This document shows, in pieces, positions 1 to 10,212 of a stretch of DNA of 20,711 bases. Every line of letters starts with the position of its first letter. Position 1 is the first letter of the stretch. The notes under the pieces were generated by a model. The model saw only the letters and a list, made by a program, of their open reading frames with translations, did not search any database and was not told the origin of the DNA. The translations under genes were made by a program, and so were the position numbers. This stretch comes from Paraspadella gotoi (Eukaryota > Animalia > Chaetognatha), in NCBI GenBank assembly GCA_051294375.1, contig CM119271.1, positions 7,268,805 to 7,289,515 of the forward strand, read 5' to 3'.

Positions 1-123
1 ATAAAAAGAGAATAAAAAGGAAATAAGAAAGAAGGAAAATGAATTAAAACGAAAAAGGAGGGAAAAAAAGTCTTAATACGGGCGGAATTTGTGGCCGGAA
101 ATCGCGTGACTGCAGGAGAGATG

Positions 124-177
<54 letters not shown>
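124..177. repeat. (GAC)18 trinucleotide microsatellite
   Basis: Perfect GAC run read directly from the sequence. It explains the poly-Arg in the 44..316 minus-strand ORF. Confidence 0.97.
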
Positions 178-180
<3 letters not shown>

Positions 181-820
181 CGGTATTTTGAAAAATACAA
201 CGACACCTTGAAAAATGTAGAATTGTAGATCTATGACTCATAGGACGCGAATCGGTTCGCGTTATAAAAAAAAAATCTGTTTGATTGAATGGATTATTAT
301 TTTGATGTACGGGCAATGAAAACGAAAAACGAGTTAAAAGAATGAATTAGTGGATCGACAGTTCGGATTTAAAAAAAAAAACCAGTGGCAGCGCTTGAAC
401 AAGTAACTTATTTTAAGCGATTTAAAGCTATTTCATATTTAGGTTTGATAATAATTTTTGGAGATGGAAATACAAAATTAAAAAGTTAGAATTGTAGAAA
501 TTTAAAAAAAAAATCATGGGTACAGAAAATCGCTAAAACGATCAACGAAAAAGGAGAAAAAAAATGTTTTTAGCTTAATTCAATTACTTTGTCGACGACG
601 ATGCGTCTCGAAAAGTTTTTTCCCACAGATCGGCATCGGTTTATTTCAGCTCTTCCCTCTCGCTAATGCTTAGNNNNNNNNNNNNNNNNNNNNNNNNNNN
701 NNNNNNNNNNNNNNNNNNNNNNNNNNNNNNNNNNNNNNNNNNNNNNNNNNNNNNNNNNNNNNNNNNNNNNNNNNNNNNNNNNNNNNNNNNNNNNNNNNNN
801 NNNNNNNNNNNNNNNNNNNN

Positions 821-856
<36 letters not shown>

Positions 857-858
857 GT
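821..858. repeat. (GA)n microsatellite abutting an assembly gap
   Basis: GA run starting immediately after the N-gap at 674-820, with one interruption. Confidence 0.95.
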
Positions 859-984
859 GTTTTCTTCATGTTCTGCTCAATCTCCATGAAAGTCTTATGT
901 TTGTGTCAGGGTCTTTTTCTTTTTCTAATTTTTTTTTTCTTTCACCAACTTGTTTCACCCATTGTCACCCTCTTCGTCTTCCTT

Positions 985-1154
985 TGTCTCTCTAGCTCTG
1001 TCTCTGTCTCAGTCTCTCTGTCTCTGTCTCTTTCTCTCTCGCGTTGACCTCTCTCTCTCTATCTCTCTCTCCCTCTTTCCTTCTCTTTCCATCCTCCCTT
1101 TATTCCTCACTCTCTCTCAGTCCTTCATTATCTATTTCGCTTCCCTCTGCCTCT
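985..1154. repeat. CT-rich low-complexity / degenerate (CT)n-(CTGT)n tract
   Basis: Pyrimidine-rich tract with tctctg/tctctc motifs running into the gap at 1155. Confidence 0.85.
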
Positions 1155-1880
1155 NNNNNNNNNNNNNNNNNNNNNNNNNNNNNNNNNNNNNNNNNNNNNN
1201 NNNNNNNNNNNNNNNNNNNNNNNNNNNNNNNNNNNNNNNNNNNNNNNNNNNNNNNNNNNNNNNNNNNNNNNNNNNNNNNNNNNNNNNNNNNNNNNNNNNN
1301 NNNNNNNNNNNNNNNNNNNNNNNNNNNNNNNNNNNNNNNNNNNNNNNNNNNNNNNNNNNNNNNNNNNNNNNNNNNNNNNNNNNNNNNNNNNNNNNNNNNN
1401 NNNNNNNNNNGGATCGCCGGAAGCAATGTTTTGGCCGGGGCGAGAGAAAGAGAGAGAGAGAGAGATATCAGAGCTGCAGAGAGAGATTTAACGAGAGGGA
1501 GAGAGAGTCGGATGAGATATAGAGAGATAGAGAATGAGCAGCGCGTCCTTTTGGAGGTCACGTGACTAACGTGGATCTGAAGGGTCAGTTCACAGGAGCA
1601 AACAACTTTCTCTCTCTCTCTCTNNNNNNNNNNNNNNNNNNNNNNNNNNNNNNNNNNNNNNNNNNNNNNNNNNNNNNNNNNNNNNNNNNNNNNNNNNNNN
1701 NNNNNNNNNNNNNNNNNNNNNNNNNNNNNNNNNNNNNNNNNNNNNNNNNNNNNNNNNNNNNNNNNNNNNNNNNNNNNNNNNNNNNNNNNNNNNNNNNNNN
1801 NNNNNNNNNCCCTTATCCTTCCTGGCCCACACCACGCAACCTTACCACCAACCGGCTTCCTCACTTCTCACCCATTCATT

Positions 1881-1948
1881 CACCCACCCTAATCACCCAC
1901 CAAAATCTCCCACCCTAATCACCCACCAAAATCACCCACCCTAATCAC
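1881..1948. repeat. 13-bp minisatellite with alternating variants (26-bp dimer)
   Basis: Units read cacccaccctaat / cacccaccaaaat / ctcccaccctaat / cacccaccaaaat / cacccaccctaat / cac. The array ends 3 nt before a gap. Confidence 0.9.
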
Positions 1949-3309
1949 GGGNNNNNNNNNNNNNNNNNNNNNNNNNNNNNNNNNNNNNNNNNNNNNNNNN
2001 NNNNNNNNNNNNNNNNNNNNNNNNNNNNNNNNNNNNNNNNNNNNNNNNNNNNNNNNNNNNNNNNNNNNNNNNNNNNNNNNNNNNNNNNNNNNNNNNNNNN
2101 NNNNNNNNNNNNNNNNNNNNNNNNNNNNNNNNNNNNNNNNNNNNNNNNNNNNNNNNNNNNNNNNNNNNNNNNNNNNNCCGCCAGCGTCAAAGGCCCCCAG
2201 CTCTCGGTTGTTATTGTGGTTCGTTGAGGCGCCCGACTGTCGTGAGACTTCTTTGGTCATTTGAGATTTTTGTTTGACTCTTGTTCTCTGGTCCTCTGGT
2301 CCTCTCCTCACTGGTTTGGGATCAAAGAGAAACCGGGATCTTCTTCTTTTTTTTTCCTGACCACTTCCCTTCCCCTCGAACCCGGAACTTTCTCGATCCG
2401 CGATTCATTTTTTTTTCATTACTCTCCGCCAAACGATCCTCGACAGCAAAAAAAGAATTCTAATTCTCTCTTTCGTAATAATCATTACGCGATCGAGGGA
2501 CGTCGTGCGTTTCCTCTTGACAAATCCTTTTTTTTTTCTTTTCTTTTTTTCTTTTCCATTTTTTCTCTCTTTCTTTTCTTTTTCTCCCCCTCTTCTCTTT
2601 TCTTTTATCTCTCGTAGGTCGCTTCGACACGATATCGAATTTCGTTAATACGAACAAAGTCTTCTTCCTCTCTTTTCTTTTCTTTTTTTTTTTNNNNNNN
2701 NNNNNNNNNNNNNNNNNNNNNNNNNNNNNNNNNNNNNNNNNNNNNNNNNNNNNNNNNNNNNNNNNNNNNNNNNNNNNNNNNNNNNNNNNNNNNNNNNNNN
2801 NNNNNNNNNNNNNNNNNNNNNNNNNNNNNNNNNNNNNNNNNNNNNNNNNNNNNNNNNNNGAAAAAGTCCCGGAGAAAGAGAACATTTAAGAACTCTCGAG
2901 TTCTGTCGAAAGAGATGGAGATAGTGAGTGAGAGAGAGTCGCCTCTCAGCGGAGAGGGAGTCAGATTGAGAGGGAGACAGTCTGAAGGACGAGAAGACCC
3001 AGAAGACATCGGCCTGGATCGGATGATGGACGGAAATTCTCGAGGGAGGGGAACTCGGGTTAGTTAAAAAAAAAAAAAAATTCCAGAAGATGATTAAAAA
3101 TTTAGAAGCGGAATCGTTCAGAGAAGAATTTATGGCGAAATCATAATTTTGCACTAATGAATTATTTTTCGGGCAGTGGATATTCTTAAAAGCATTAAAC
3201 ATTAAAACATTAAACATTCATAAAAGAATATGGAAAACGAAAGGGACGAGGAGTCGTATTTCATCAGCCTCTTTCGATGGCAAGATTTACTCAAACTCTC
3301 CATCAGGTG

Positions 3310-3393
3310 TTGCCCATTGGATGCCCATTGGTTGCTCATTGGTTGCCCATTGATTGCCCATTGGTTGCCCATTGGTTGCCCATTGGTTGCCCA
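3310..3393. repeat. 11-bp minisatellite (TTGCCCATTGG), ~7.6 copies
   Basis: Seven full units and one partial. Three units carry a single substitution. Confidence 0.95.
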
Positions 3394-3440
3394 ACCAACC
3401 TTTCTTTCAGCACCTAGTAATAAACCCTCCTCTCAAGCGG

Positions 3441-3468
3441 CCTCCTCCTCCTCCTCCTCCTCCTCCTC
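3441..3468. repeat. (CCT)n microsatellite
   Basis: cctcctcct run of about 9 copies, giving the poly-Ser in ORF 3230..3481. Confidence 0.9.
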
Positions 3469-3600
3469 TTTCGCTCATTAGTTGATGAAGAGAAAGAGAG
3501 AGATTCAGGAAATTCAAGCTTTTCACTCAATTTCGATTCAACATGACCCCTAATTTACTTTCACTTTCACCCATTTCGCTTCACGCCCCAGTCGATTCCC

Positions 3601-3907
3601 TTTTTAGTTGCGCCGCGAGTACTCGCGGAGCAACTCTATAAGTCACTTTTCGGTCGGTCTGTCGGTCGGTCGCTATGTCTGTCCATTGTTCTGTTACACT
3701 TACGTTAAAAATGCATATAATTTACCTATAGTTGGTTGCTCATATGTTAAGACAGGAAAAAAAAACTCAAATCTAAGGGACTGCTAGCTAAATACATGGG
3801 CAAAAACAAATTTTTTAGTCATCTCATATCATATCATGCGATCGAAGAAAAATATACGTGAAAATAAAGTCACTGCGGCGCAACACATGGGATTTACCGT
3901 TCTTGTT
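3601..3907 (+). mobile_element. Non-autonomous Helentron-associated (HINE / DINE-1-like) element, family 1, near-complete copy
   Basis: 5' T-run, then a 30-nt palindrome at 3606-3635 (agttgc-g-ccgcgagt|actcgcgg-a-gcaact, one mismatch). A (GTCG/GTCT)n microsatellite follows at ~3650-3672. GTTGCGCCGC (3607-3616) and GCGGCGCAAC (3875-3884) form an asymmetric subterminal inverted repeat. The element ends in CCGTTCTTGTT. A homologous copy at 11207-11550 confirms it is interspersed. The class call rests on architecture only. Confidence 0.75.
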
Positions 3908-4499
3908 AATAATAATAATTAAAAAAAAAACAAAAAAACAGAACCCGATCAATATTCACACCCTTTTCCCCCCACCGTTTAGTATCTCTATCACTATCCC
4001 ACTTTCGCCCACTTTATAAATTCGCCTCNNNNNNNNNNNNNNNNNNNNNNNNNNNNNNNNNNNNNNNNNNNNNNNNNNNNNNNNNNNNNNNNNNNNNNNN
4101 NNNNNNNNNNNNNNNNNNNNNNNNNNNNNNNNNNNNNNNNNNNNNNNNNNNNNNNNNNNNNNNNNNNNNNNNNNNNNNNNNNNNNNNNNNNNNNNNNNNN
4201 NNNNNNNNNNNNNNNNNNNNNNNNNNNNNNNNNNNNNNNNNNNNNNNNNNNNNNNNNNNNNNNNNNNNNNNNNNNNNNNNNNNNNNNNNNNNNNNNNNNN
4301 NNNNNNNATATTATCGATAGCGGTCTCGTTTCCCGCGTCATTAAAATCGCATAAACCGGTAGATTCGCAGATGGGAACGAGAGAGAGGGAGAGAGTGAGA
4401 GTGCGAGACAGACGAGGGAAAAAAAATAGTGAGAGAAAGATCACGAAAGGTGGCGCTGCGATGAACGACGCCAATGGCGCATCCGTGGAGAGCGAGAGC

Positions 4500-4555
4500 C
4501 GGTCGGCCGCGGCGGCGTCGGCGGCGTCGGCTGCGGCGGCGTCGGCTGCGGCGAC
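4500..4555. repeat. GC-rich GCGGCGTCG(GCT)-type degenerate repeat within a CpG-rich island (~4440-4720)
   Basis: gcggcggcgtcggcggcgtcggctgcggcggcgtcggctgcggcg, giving Ala-, Arg- or Pro-rich translations depending on frame. Confidence 0.75.
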
Positions 4556-4893
4556 CCCGGTCGGAACGAGGATTGGCGCCAAACAAATCTGAATCGTGAA
4601 TAATTAAAAAAGCCTTTCGTGTCGCGCGGGTCGAGATCGAAGAGAAATTAGCCACGCAGCGCCGACGAAGCGCCGATGCTTTGCCGACGCAAATTTTACT
4701 CATTGCCGAGGCAGTGCCGACACACTAATTAACAACCTGCACGACGTGAAATAAGACAACAATGCACAGAAATCAAACAATTTCATTGCTATAAAGGCGA
4801 CAGAATTCTGCACATTTCTCACTCGCGTTGCGATTGGTCAGAGCATCAACTTATTTACAAGCACCTCCCGTCTCTGCATCACTGCTATTGCAA

Positions 4894-4948
4894 CGCCACT
4901 CCACCGCCATTTCACCGCCACTCTACCGCTCAAACACCGCCGCTACAC
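4894..4948. repeat. Degenerate 11-bp minisatellite (consensus ~CGCCACTNCAC), 5 copies
   Basis: Units read cgccactccac / cgccatttcac / cgccactctac / cgctcaaacac / cgccgctacac. Confidence 0.75.
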
Positions 4949-5051
4949 CACTGGAGATTCAAGATTCGCGTCTTTCGCAGTCACAAGATTTATGGTCAGT
5001 TCGCCGCGCTTCATTTACCATCGGGAAGCGAAGCTGCACGTTCATTTGCTA

Positions 5052-5390
5052 AGGAAGGGAAGNNNNNNNNNNNNNNNNNNNNNNNNNNNNNNNNNNNNNN
5101 NNNNNNNNNNNNNNNNNNNNNNNNNNNNNNNNNNNNNNNNNNNNNNNNNNNNNNNNNNNNNNNNNNNNNNNNNNNNNNNNNNNNNNNNNNNNNNNNNNNN
5201 NNNNNNNNNNNNNNNNNNNNNNNNNNNNNNNNNNNNNNNNNNNNAGGAAGGAAGGAAGGAAGGAAGGAAGGAAAGGAAGGAAGGGAAGAAGAAAGGAAGG
5301 AAATAAAGGGAAGGGAAGGAAGGAAGGAAGTAAGTAAGGAAAGAAGGGAAGAAAGGAAGGNNNNNNNNNNAGGTAGGGAAGAAAGGGTGG
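5052..5390. repeat. (GGAA)n purine microsatellite spanning two gaps
   Basis: aaggaagg repeats on both sides of the gaps at 5063-5244 and 5361-5370. Confidence 0.9.
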
Positions 5391-5909
5391 AAACTGGAAA
5401 GGATGGTAAGAAGTTACGAACGAACTAAAAAATAAAACTAAAATTAATCTTTAAAACTAAATATTGAATTGTCACATTCTTCCAACAAGAGAAGATTCCT
5501 TATTATAATTAAATAAAAAAAAATACTAAGAACACAATTTCGGAAAAAAAACAAACCAAAACAGGAACAAACAGCAATCAGATGAACGACCTTCAAAAGC
5601 CATTCAAGTAATTTACTCGGATTGACTTGAGTCATCGGCTTGGCGTCCAGGCAACCGCAACGCCTTCCAATCTCTGAAGAATAAAAATTATGTCATAAAC
5701 AAAAAATAGATGATTGAAAAAATGAAGTAAAAAAAAAAATCTAAATTTCATGCCAGAGTGTGTCGATTCTTCGGGTGCGTGCGTTTAGGTGTTTGAGTGT
5801 GTTTAGGTGTGTACGTGTGCTAAAAGTGCGTGCCGATCGCTCTCCGACCGCGAGGAATCTGGTTCCAGAAAAAAAAAAAGCACTCAGGTGTGACTTTAAA
5901 GACTAAGAT

Positions 5910-6021
5910 ATTGGATGAGACCTGGGATGGATCGTTTTGATTGGTCAAATTAGAAAGACGGAGGGATTTGATTGGACGAGGTTCGTTTGAGAGGGGCGAA
6001 GATTTTAGTCTACGATTGGTC
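5910..6021. promoter_or_regulatory. Candidate cluster of CCAAT (NF-Y-type) boxes
   Basis: ATTGG at 5910, 5940, 5971 and 6015, all in one orientation. Three read GACCAATCA, GTCCAATCA and GACCAATCG on the minus strand. There is no transcript evidence. Confidence 0.3.
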
Positions 6022-6038
6022 GACGCGGGGCTCCGAGG

Positions 6039-6041
<3 letters not shown>

Positions 6042-6074
<33 letters not shown>

Positions 6075-6297
6075 NNNNNNNNNNNNNNNNNNNNNNNNNN
6101 NNNNNNNNNNNNNNNNNNNNNNNNNNNNNNNNNNNNNNNNNNNNNNNNNNNNNNNNNNNNNNNNNNNNNNNNNNNNNNNNNNNNNNNNNNNNNNNNNNNN
6201 NNNNNNNNNNNNNNNNNNNNNNNNNNNNNNNNNNNNNNNNNNNNNNNNNNNNNNNNNNNNNNNNNNNNNNNNNNNNNNNAGAGAGAGAGAGAGAGAG
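6042..6297. repeat. (GA)n microsatellite spanning gap 6075-6279
   Basis: Perfect GA runs on both sides of the gap. Confidence 0.95.
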
Positions 6298-6520
6298 CGG
6301 AACAAGCATTTGTTTTGCTTTCTTCGAAATTTCGACCTCCATATATTTTGTCTTCAAACTTTTCGCCCTCGACGTTGATTCGAAACAACAGTTGCGCAAC
6401 TCAGATATTTTTTTTTCTTTCTCTCAAACTCAACAAGAGAAACTCATTAAAAATATATATTTTTTTCTGGACGCATTTTTTCGTTTACTTCTCTCTACAA
6501 GGACGAAAAAAATGAAAGCT

Positions 6521-6546
6521 TCTCTCTCTCTCTCTCTCTCTCTCTC
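6521..6546. repeat. (TC)13 microsatellite
   Basis: Perfect TC run. Confidence 0.95.
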
Positions 6547-7884
6547 AAAAAAAGTATTCACATCACGAAATCACAATCGTGTCATCTCGAAAAATGCGAA
6601 ATAAAAAAGAAGAAAAGATGGGATTTCTGAGCGAATCTCGTCTCGCGCGTAGGAATCATCTCATTCTGATCTCTCGCGGACTCGAGAGTCGCACATAACA
6701 ATGCAAACGCAAGCAAGAAAATCTCCCATTCGCCGAGTTTACGATCGCGACTTTTTGCCTCACCTGTCCTTACCTTCCTCCCCCCGTTCGCTGAAACCCC
6801 CCGTCTTCCTGTTTTCAAGTTACATCCTTTAAAAAGTCCCGGCACATCCGTCGTAAAATAAACAGACAACGCGCTTGCGCAGAATGACGCGGCCAAACGC
6901 GCGAGTTACACGCAATTACAGTGGGGGCCCCCACCGAATATTCTTCCCTTGATAACCAGTTACAGACTTTAACAGCGGGGAGGATTTAGCTAANNNNNNN
7001 NNNNNNNNNNNNNNNNNNNNNNNNNNNNNNNNNNNNNNNNNNNNNNNNNNNNNNNNNNNNNNNNNNNNNNNNNNNNNNNNNNNNNNNNNNNNNNNNNNNN
7101 NNNNNNNNNNNNNNNNNNNNNNNNNNNNNNNNNNNNNNNNNNNNNNNNNNNNNNNNNNNNNNGAGACACAACGGAGCCGTTTCTGCATCAAGATTTCATT
7201 AGATTAGACTTCATTAGTGGACCATTAAGGATTCGGTTCCACGAACTTCGACCAACGTCTCGGTTCCACGGTCCGTCCCTAAAACCGAATGATTCCGTGC
7301 GTCGTTTTTAAAGTTGGAGTCGCCGATCAAAATTCACTTTGACGTTTCGCCTTCGATGCCCCCAATTGGCCCAATTGTCTCTTTCTGTTTTCGAGTATGT
7401 AACTCTTGTATTACTTTGACACCTTATTCCTAAGCTTATTCATTTATTCATTCCTTGATTTAATATCATCATTCAAAATTTAGAATTCCGTAACTCTGCT
7501 TATTAGCTCCAGTGCTCCTTTGATTCTTTGCCCTTTCGGTTCATGGTCTTTTTGGCTCCATTATTTCAGATTGACTGTTTTTCCTATTCGCTCGATTACC
7601 CCTTTGTTTCAATCTACTTTTGATGAAAGTTTAATTAATAAAAAAATATATATTGTTAAAAATATTTTATTCATATATTTCAATTTTTTCTTCCTCTGAT
7701 GCCTCAAGTTTACTATTTTGATCTTTTAATTTTTTGTACTATTATATAATATATTGGTTGTACCAATTTCATAAATAAAGTATAAAAACTCGTTTCAATC
7801 TTTTATCTCCATCGCTTGACTTTTTTCTGTCCTTTATCTATCCTTTTTCTATCCCTTCTNNNNNNNNNNNNNNNNNNNNNNNNN

Positions 7885-8419
7885 ACCCGACCCCCATTCC
7901 AGCCTGCTCACACCTCCCTTCCCCCAGTAGACCGCCCCCCCTGTAACCTCATCCTAGTGTTTCTTAAAATCCAACATGCCACCACTTCATCGTTGGCGTA
8001 CTACCGTGGTCCCGTCAGTGAGTGAAGCCCCTTTTACTTCTCTCTGTTCTCTCTCTCTCTCCTCTCTCGTATCTCTCTCGCTCTCCTACATTCTCTCTTC
8101 TCTCTTCTCTCTTCTCTTTCTCATCTTTTCACTCCACGTAGCCACCCATCCCGCCCCACATGCTCCACCAGCCGAGCCAATAAAATTTAAGCCAAAAAAT
8201 TTAAGCTCTCATTCTCTCTTCTTTCTCTCTCTTCTCTCTCTCTCTCTCTTCATCTCTCTCTCTCTCTCTCCTCTCTCTGCTCTCTCTCTCTCGTTGTGTT
8301 GCTCTCCTTTATTCGTCTGTGATTTAACGGAAAAACTTTCGCCTCCTTCGTACACGAAACTTGAAATTGTGCCTCCGAGTTTTGGATCGCGAAGAAGGAT
8401 GGCGGTCGAAAGGGGGAGG
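7885..8419 (+). repeat. 535-bp segment A, copy 1 (direct duplicate of 10213-10747)
   Basis: Constant offset of 2328 from start to end. ORF translations 7976.. and 10304.. are identical up to MAVERGR, even through the (CT)n tracts. Confidence 0.95.
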
Positions 8420-9180
8420 GGTGTGCCGTAGATGCGGGGCCGTTGCGACGCTAATTATCATTGCAATCATCCAGATTTGAAGAGATTTGCGTTCGACGCG
8501 AATCAAGAGTAATGAGGGTTGACTTTTTTTTGTAGAAACGGGAAAAAAAAGAGAGGAAAACTGGGAAAAAAGGTAAAAAATAATATTTAAAAAAACAAGA
8601 TATTCGTCAAGATTTATACAAAAAAAAAAGAAACTGCGTCAATTGAAAAAAAAACAACAACAAAAAAACCCCAAAAAAACCGCCAATTTAAATGAGAGAG
8701 AAATTTGAATCTTGCGAGAAAAAAAAATTAGCGTCTCTATGAAAGCGTATGAGAGAGAGAGAGAGAGAGAGAGCGAATGCTAATGAAAAGATTCAAACGT
8801 AAATAAATAGCAAAGGTTAAAAAAAATCCAACGAGCTCGAATGATATAGTAGCAGCTCTTGCCTGGGGAAGGGAGGATAGATGATAGGATAGATGATAGG
8901 ATAGGTGATGGGATAGGTGATAGGATAGATGATAGAATAGGTGATGAGATAGCTAATAGGATATATGATAGGATAGGTGATAGGATAGGTGACAGGATAG
9001 ATGATATTATAAATGATAGGATAGGTGATAGGATAGATGATAGAATAGGTGATGAGATAGATAATAGGATAGATGATAGGATATATGATAGGATAGATGA
9101 TAGGATAGGTGACAGGATAGATGATAATATAAATGATAGGATAGATGATAGTATCAAGAGTGTCAGGACAGGTTTAGCAT
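8420..9180 (+). repeat. Segment B (761 bp), left arm of a long inverted duplication
   Basis: Its reverse complement is present at 9387-10212. Confidence 0.93.
8874..9149. repeat. 12-bp minisatellite (AGGATAGRTGAT) x23
   Basis: 23 in-register units, translating as RIDD/RIGD-like tetrapeptides in ORF 8859..9629. Confidence 0.95.
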
Positions 9181-9205
9181 NNNNNNNNNNNNNNNNNNNN
9201 NNNNN

Positions 9206-9207
9206 AG

Positions 9208-9250
<43 letters not shown>

Positions 9251-9256
9251 AGAAGA

Positions 9257-9289
<33 letters not shown>
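9206..9289. repeat. Interrupted (GA)n microsatellite
   Basis: GA run after the 25-N gap at 9181-9205. Confidence 0.9.
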
Positions 9290-9292
<3 letters not shown>

Positions 9293-9386
9293 GAAAGACG
9301 AGAGCGCTGAAGCTCACCAATTCGACTTTTCCCGCCGCTATGAGACTCAACCAACAACGATATCTCTATCCTCTATTCGCTCTCAA

Positions 9387-10212
9387 ATGCTAACCTGTCC
9401 TGACACTCTTGATACTAATCATCTATCTATCATTAGTATTTATTATATCTCTCCTGTCACCTATCCTATCATGCTATCCTACTCATATATCCTACTCATC
9501 TATCCTAATTATCTATCTCATCACCCTATTTCTTATCATCTATCCTATCACGTAACCTATCATTTTATAATATCCATCTATCTTTGCCTGTCCCTATCTA
9601 TCACTCATGCCTATCATATATCCTATTAGCTATGCTCATCACTATTCTAATCATCTATCCTAATTCAACTATCCCTCACCTACTTCCTATCATCTATCTA
9701 TCAGATCTATCCTCCATTCACAGGCAAGAGCTGCTAATATTATATTCGAGCTTCGTGTGGATTTTTTTTTAACTCTTCTGCTATTTATTTACGTTTGAAT
9801 CTTTTCATTAGCATTCGCTTCTCTCTCTTCTCTCTCTCATACGCTTTCATAGGAGACGCCTAATATTTTTTTTCTCGCAAGATTCAAATTTTCTCTCTCT
9901 CATTTAAATTGGCGGTTTTATTGGGGTTTTTTTTGGTTGTTTGTTATGTTTCTTGCATTTCAATTGAGCGCAGTTTCTTATTATTTTTCTTGGTCAATAA
10001 CATCTTGACGATATGCTTGCTTTTTTTTAAATAATTATTTTTTTTACTTGTTCTTCCAGTTGTTCCTCTCTTTTTTTTTCCCCGTTTTCAAACAAAAAAA
10101 GTCAAGCCCTCATTTACTCTTGATTCGCGTCGAAACGCAATCTCTTCAAATCTGGCATGATTGCAATTGATAATTAGCCGTTCGCAGACGGCCCGCAATC
10201 TACGTGCACACC
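9387..10212 (-). repeat. Segment B' (826 bp): indel-rich reverse-complement copy of 8420-9180
   Basis: Collinear end to end: atgctaacctgtcctgacactcttgatact mirrors the end of B, and ctacgtgcacacc mirrors ggtgtgccgtag. It is 65 nt longer than B, mostly through single-base insertions. Confidence 0.93.

Noticed and set aside
121-228. 35-aa ORF M-D18-ERYFEKYNDTLKNVEL
   Set aside because: Half of it is the (GAC)18 microsatellite. It is too short and has no supporting gene context.
2860-3066. ~65-codon stretch open on both strands (KSRRKRTFKNSRVLSK... / ...MSSGSSRPSDCLPLNLTPSP...)
   Set aside because: It is purine-skewed and truncated by a gap, with no recognisable domain. I cannot distinguish it from chance without RNA-seq.
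6917-6993. TA-CAGTGGGGG resembling a Tc1/mariner terminus
   Set aside because: I saw no matching inverted end, and the sequence runs into a gap.
663-7191. ORFs containing X runs or SL/RE dipeptide repeats
   Set aside because: They are created by N-gaps and (GA)/(CT) microsatellites.
7976-8431. Duplicated 151/169-aa ORFs as paralogous membrane proteins
   Set aside because: The S/L-rich content comes from (CT)n tracts, and the duplication is probably an assembly artifact.
9345-9370. ctcaaccaacaacga resembling part of the PacBio SMRTbell adapter
   Set aside because: The match is short, low-complexity and partial, and the arrangement is not a simple adapter fold-back.
8859-9629. RIDD/RIGD repeat protein ORF
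   Set aside because: It is a translation of a 12-bp minisatellite, has a non-ATG start, and crosses a gap into noisy sequence.
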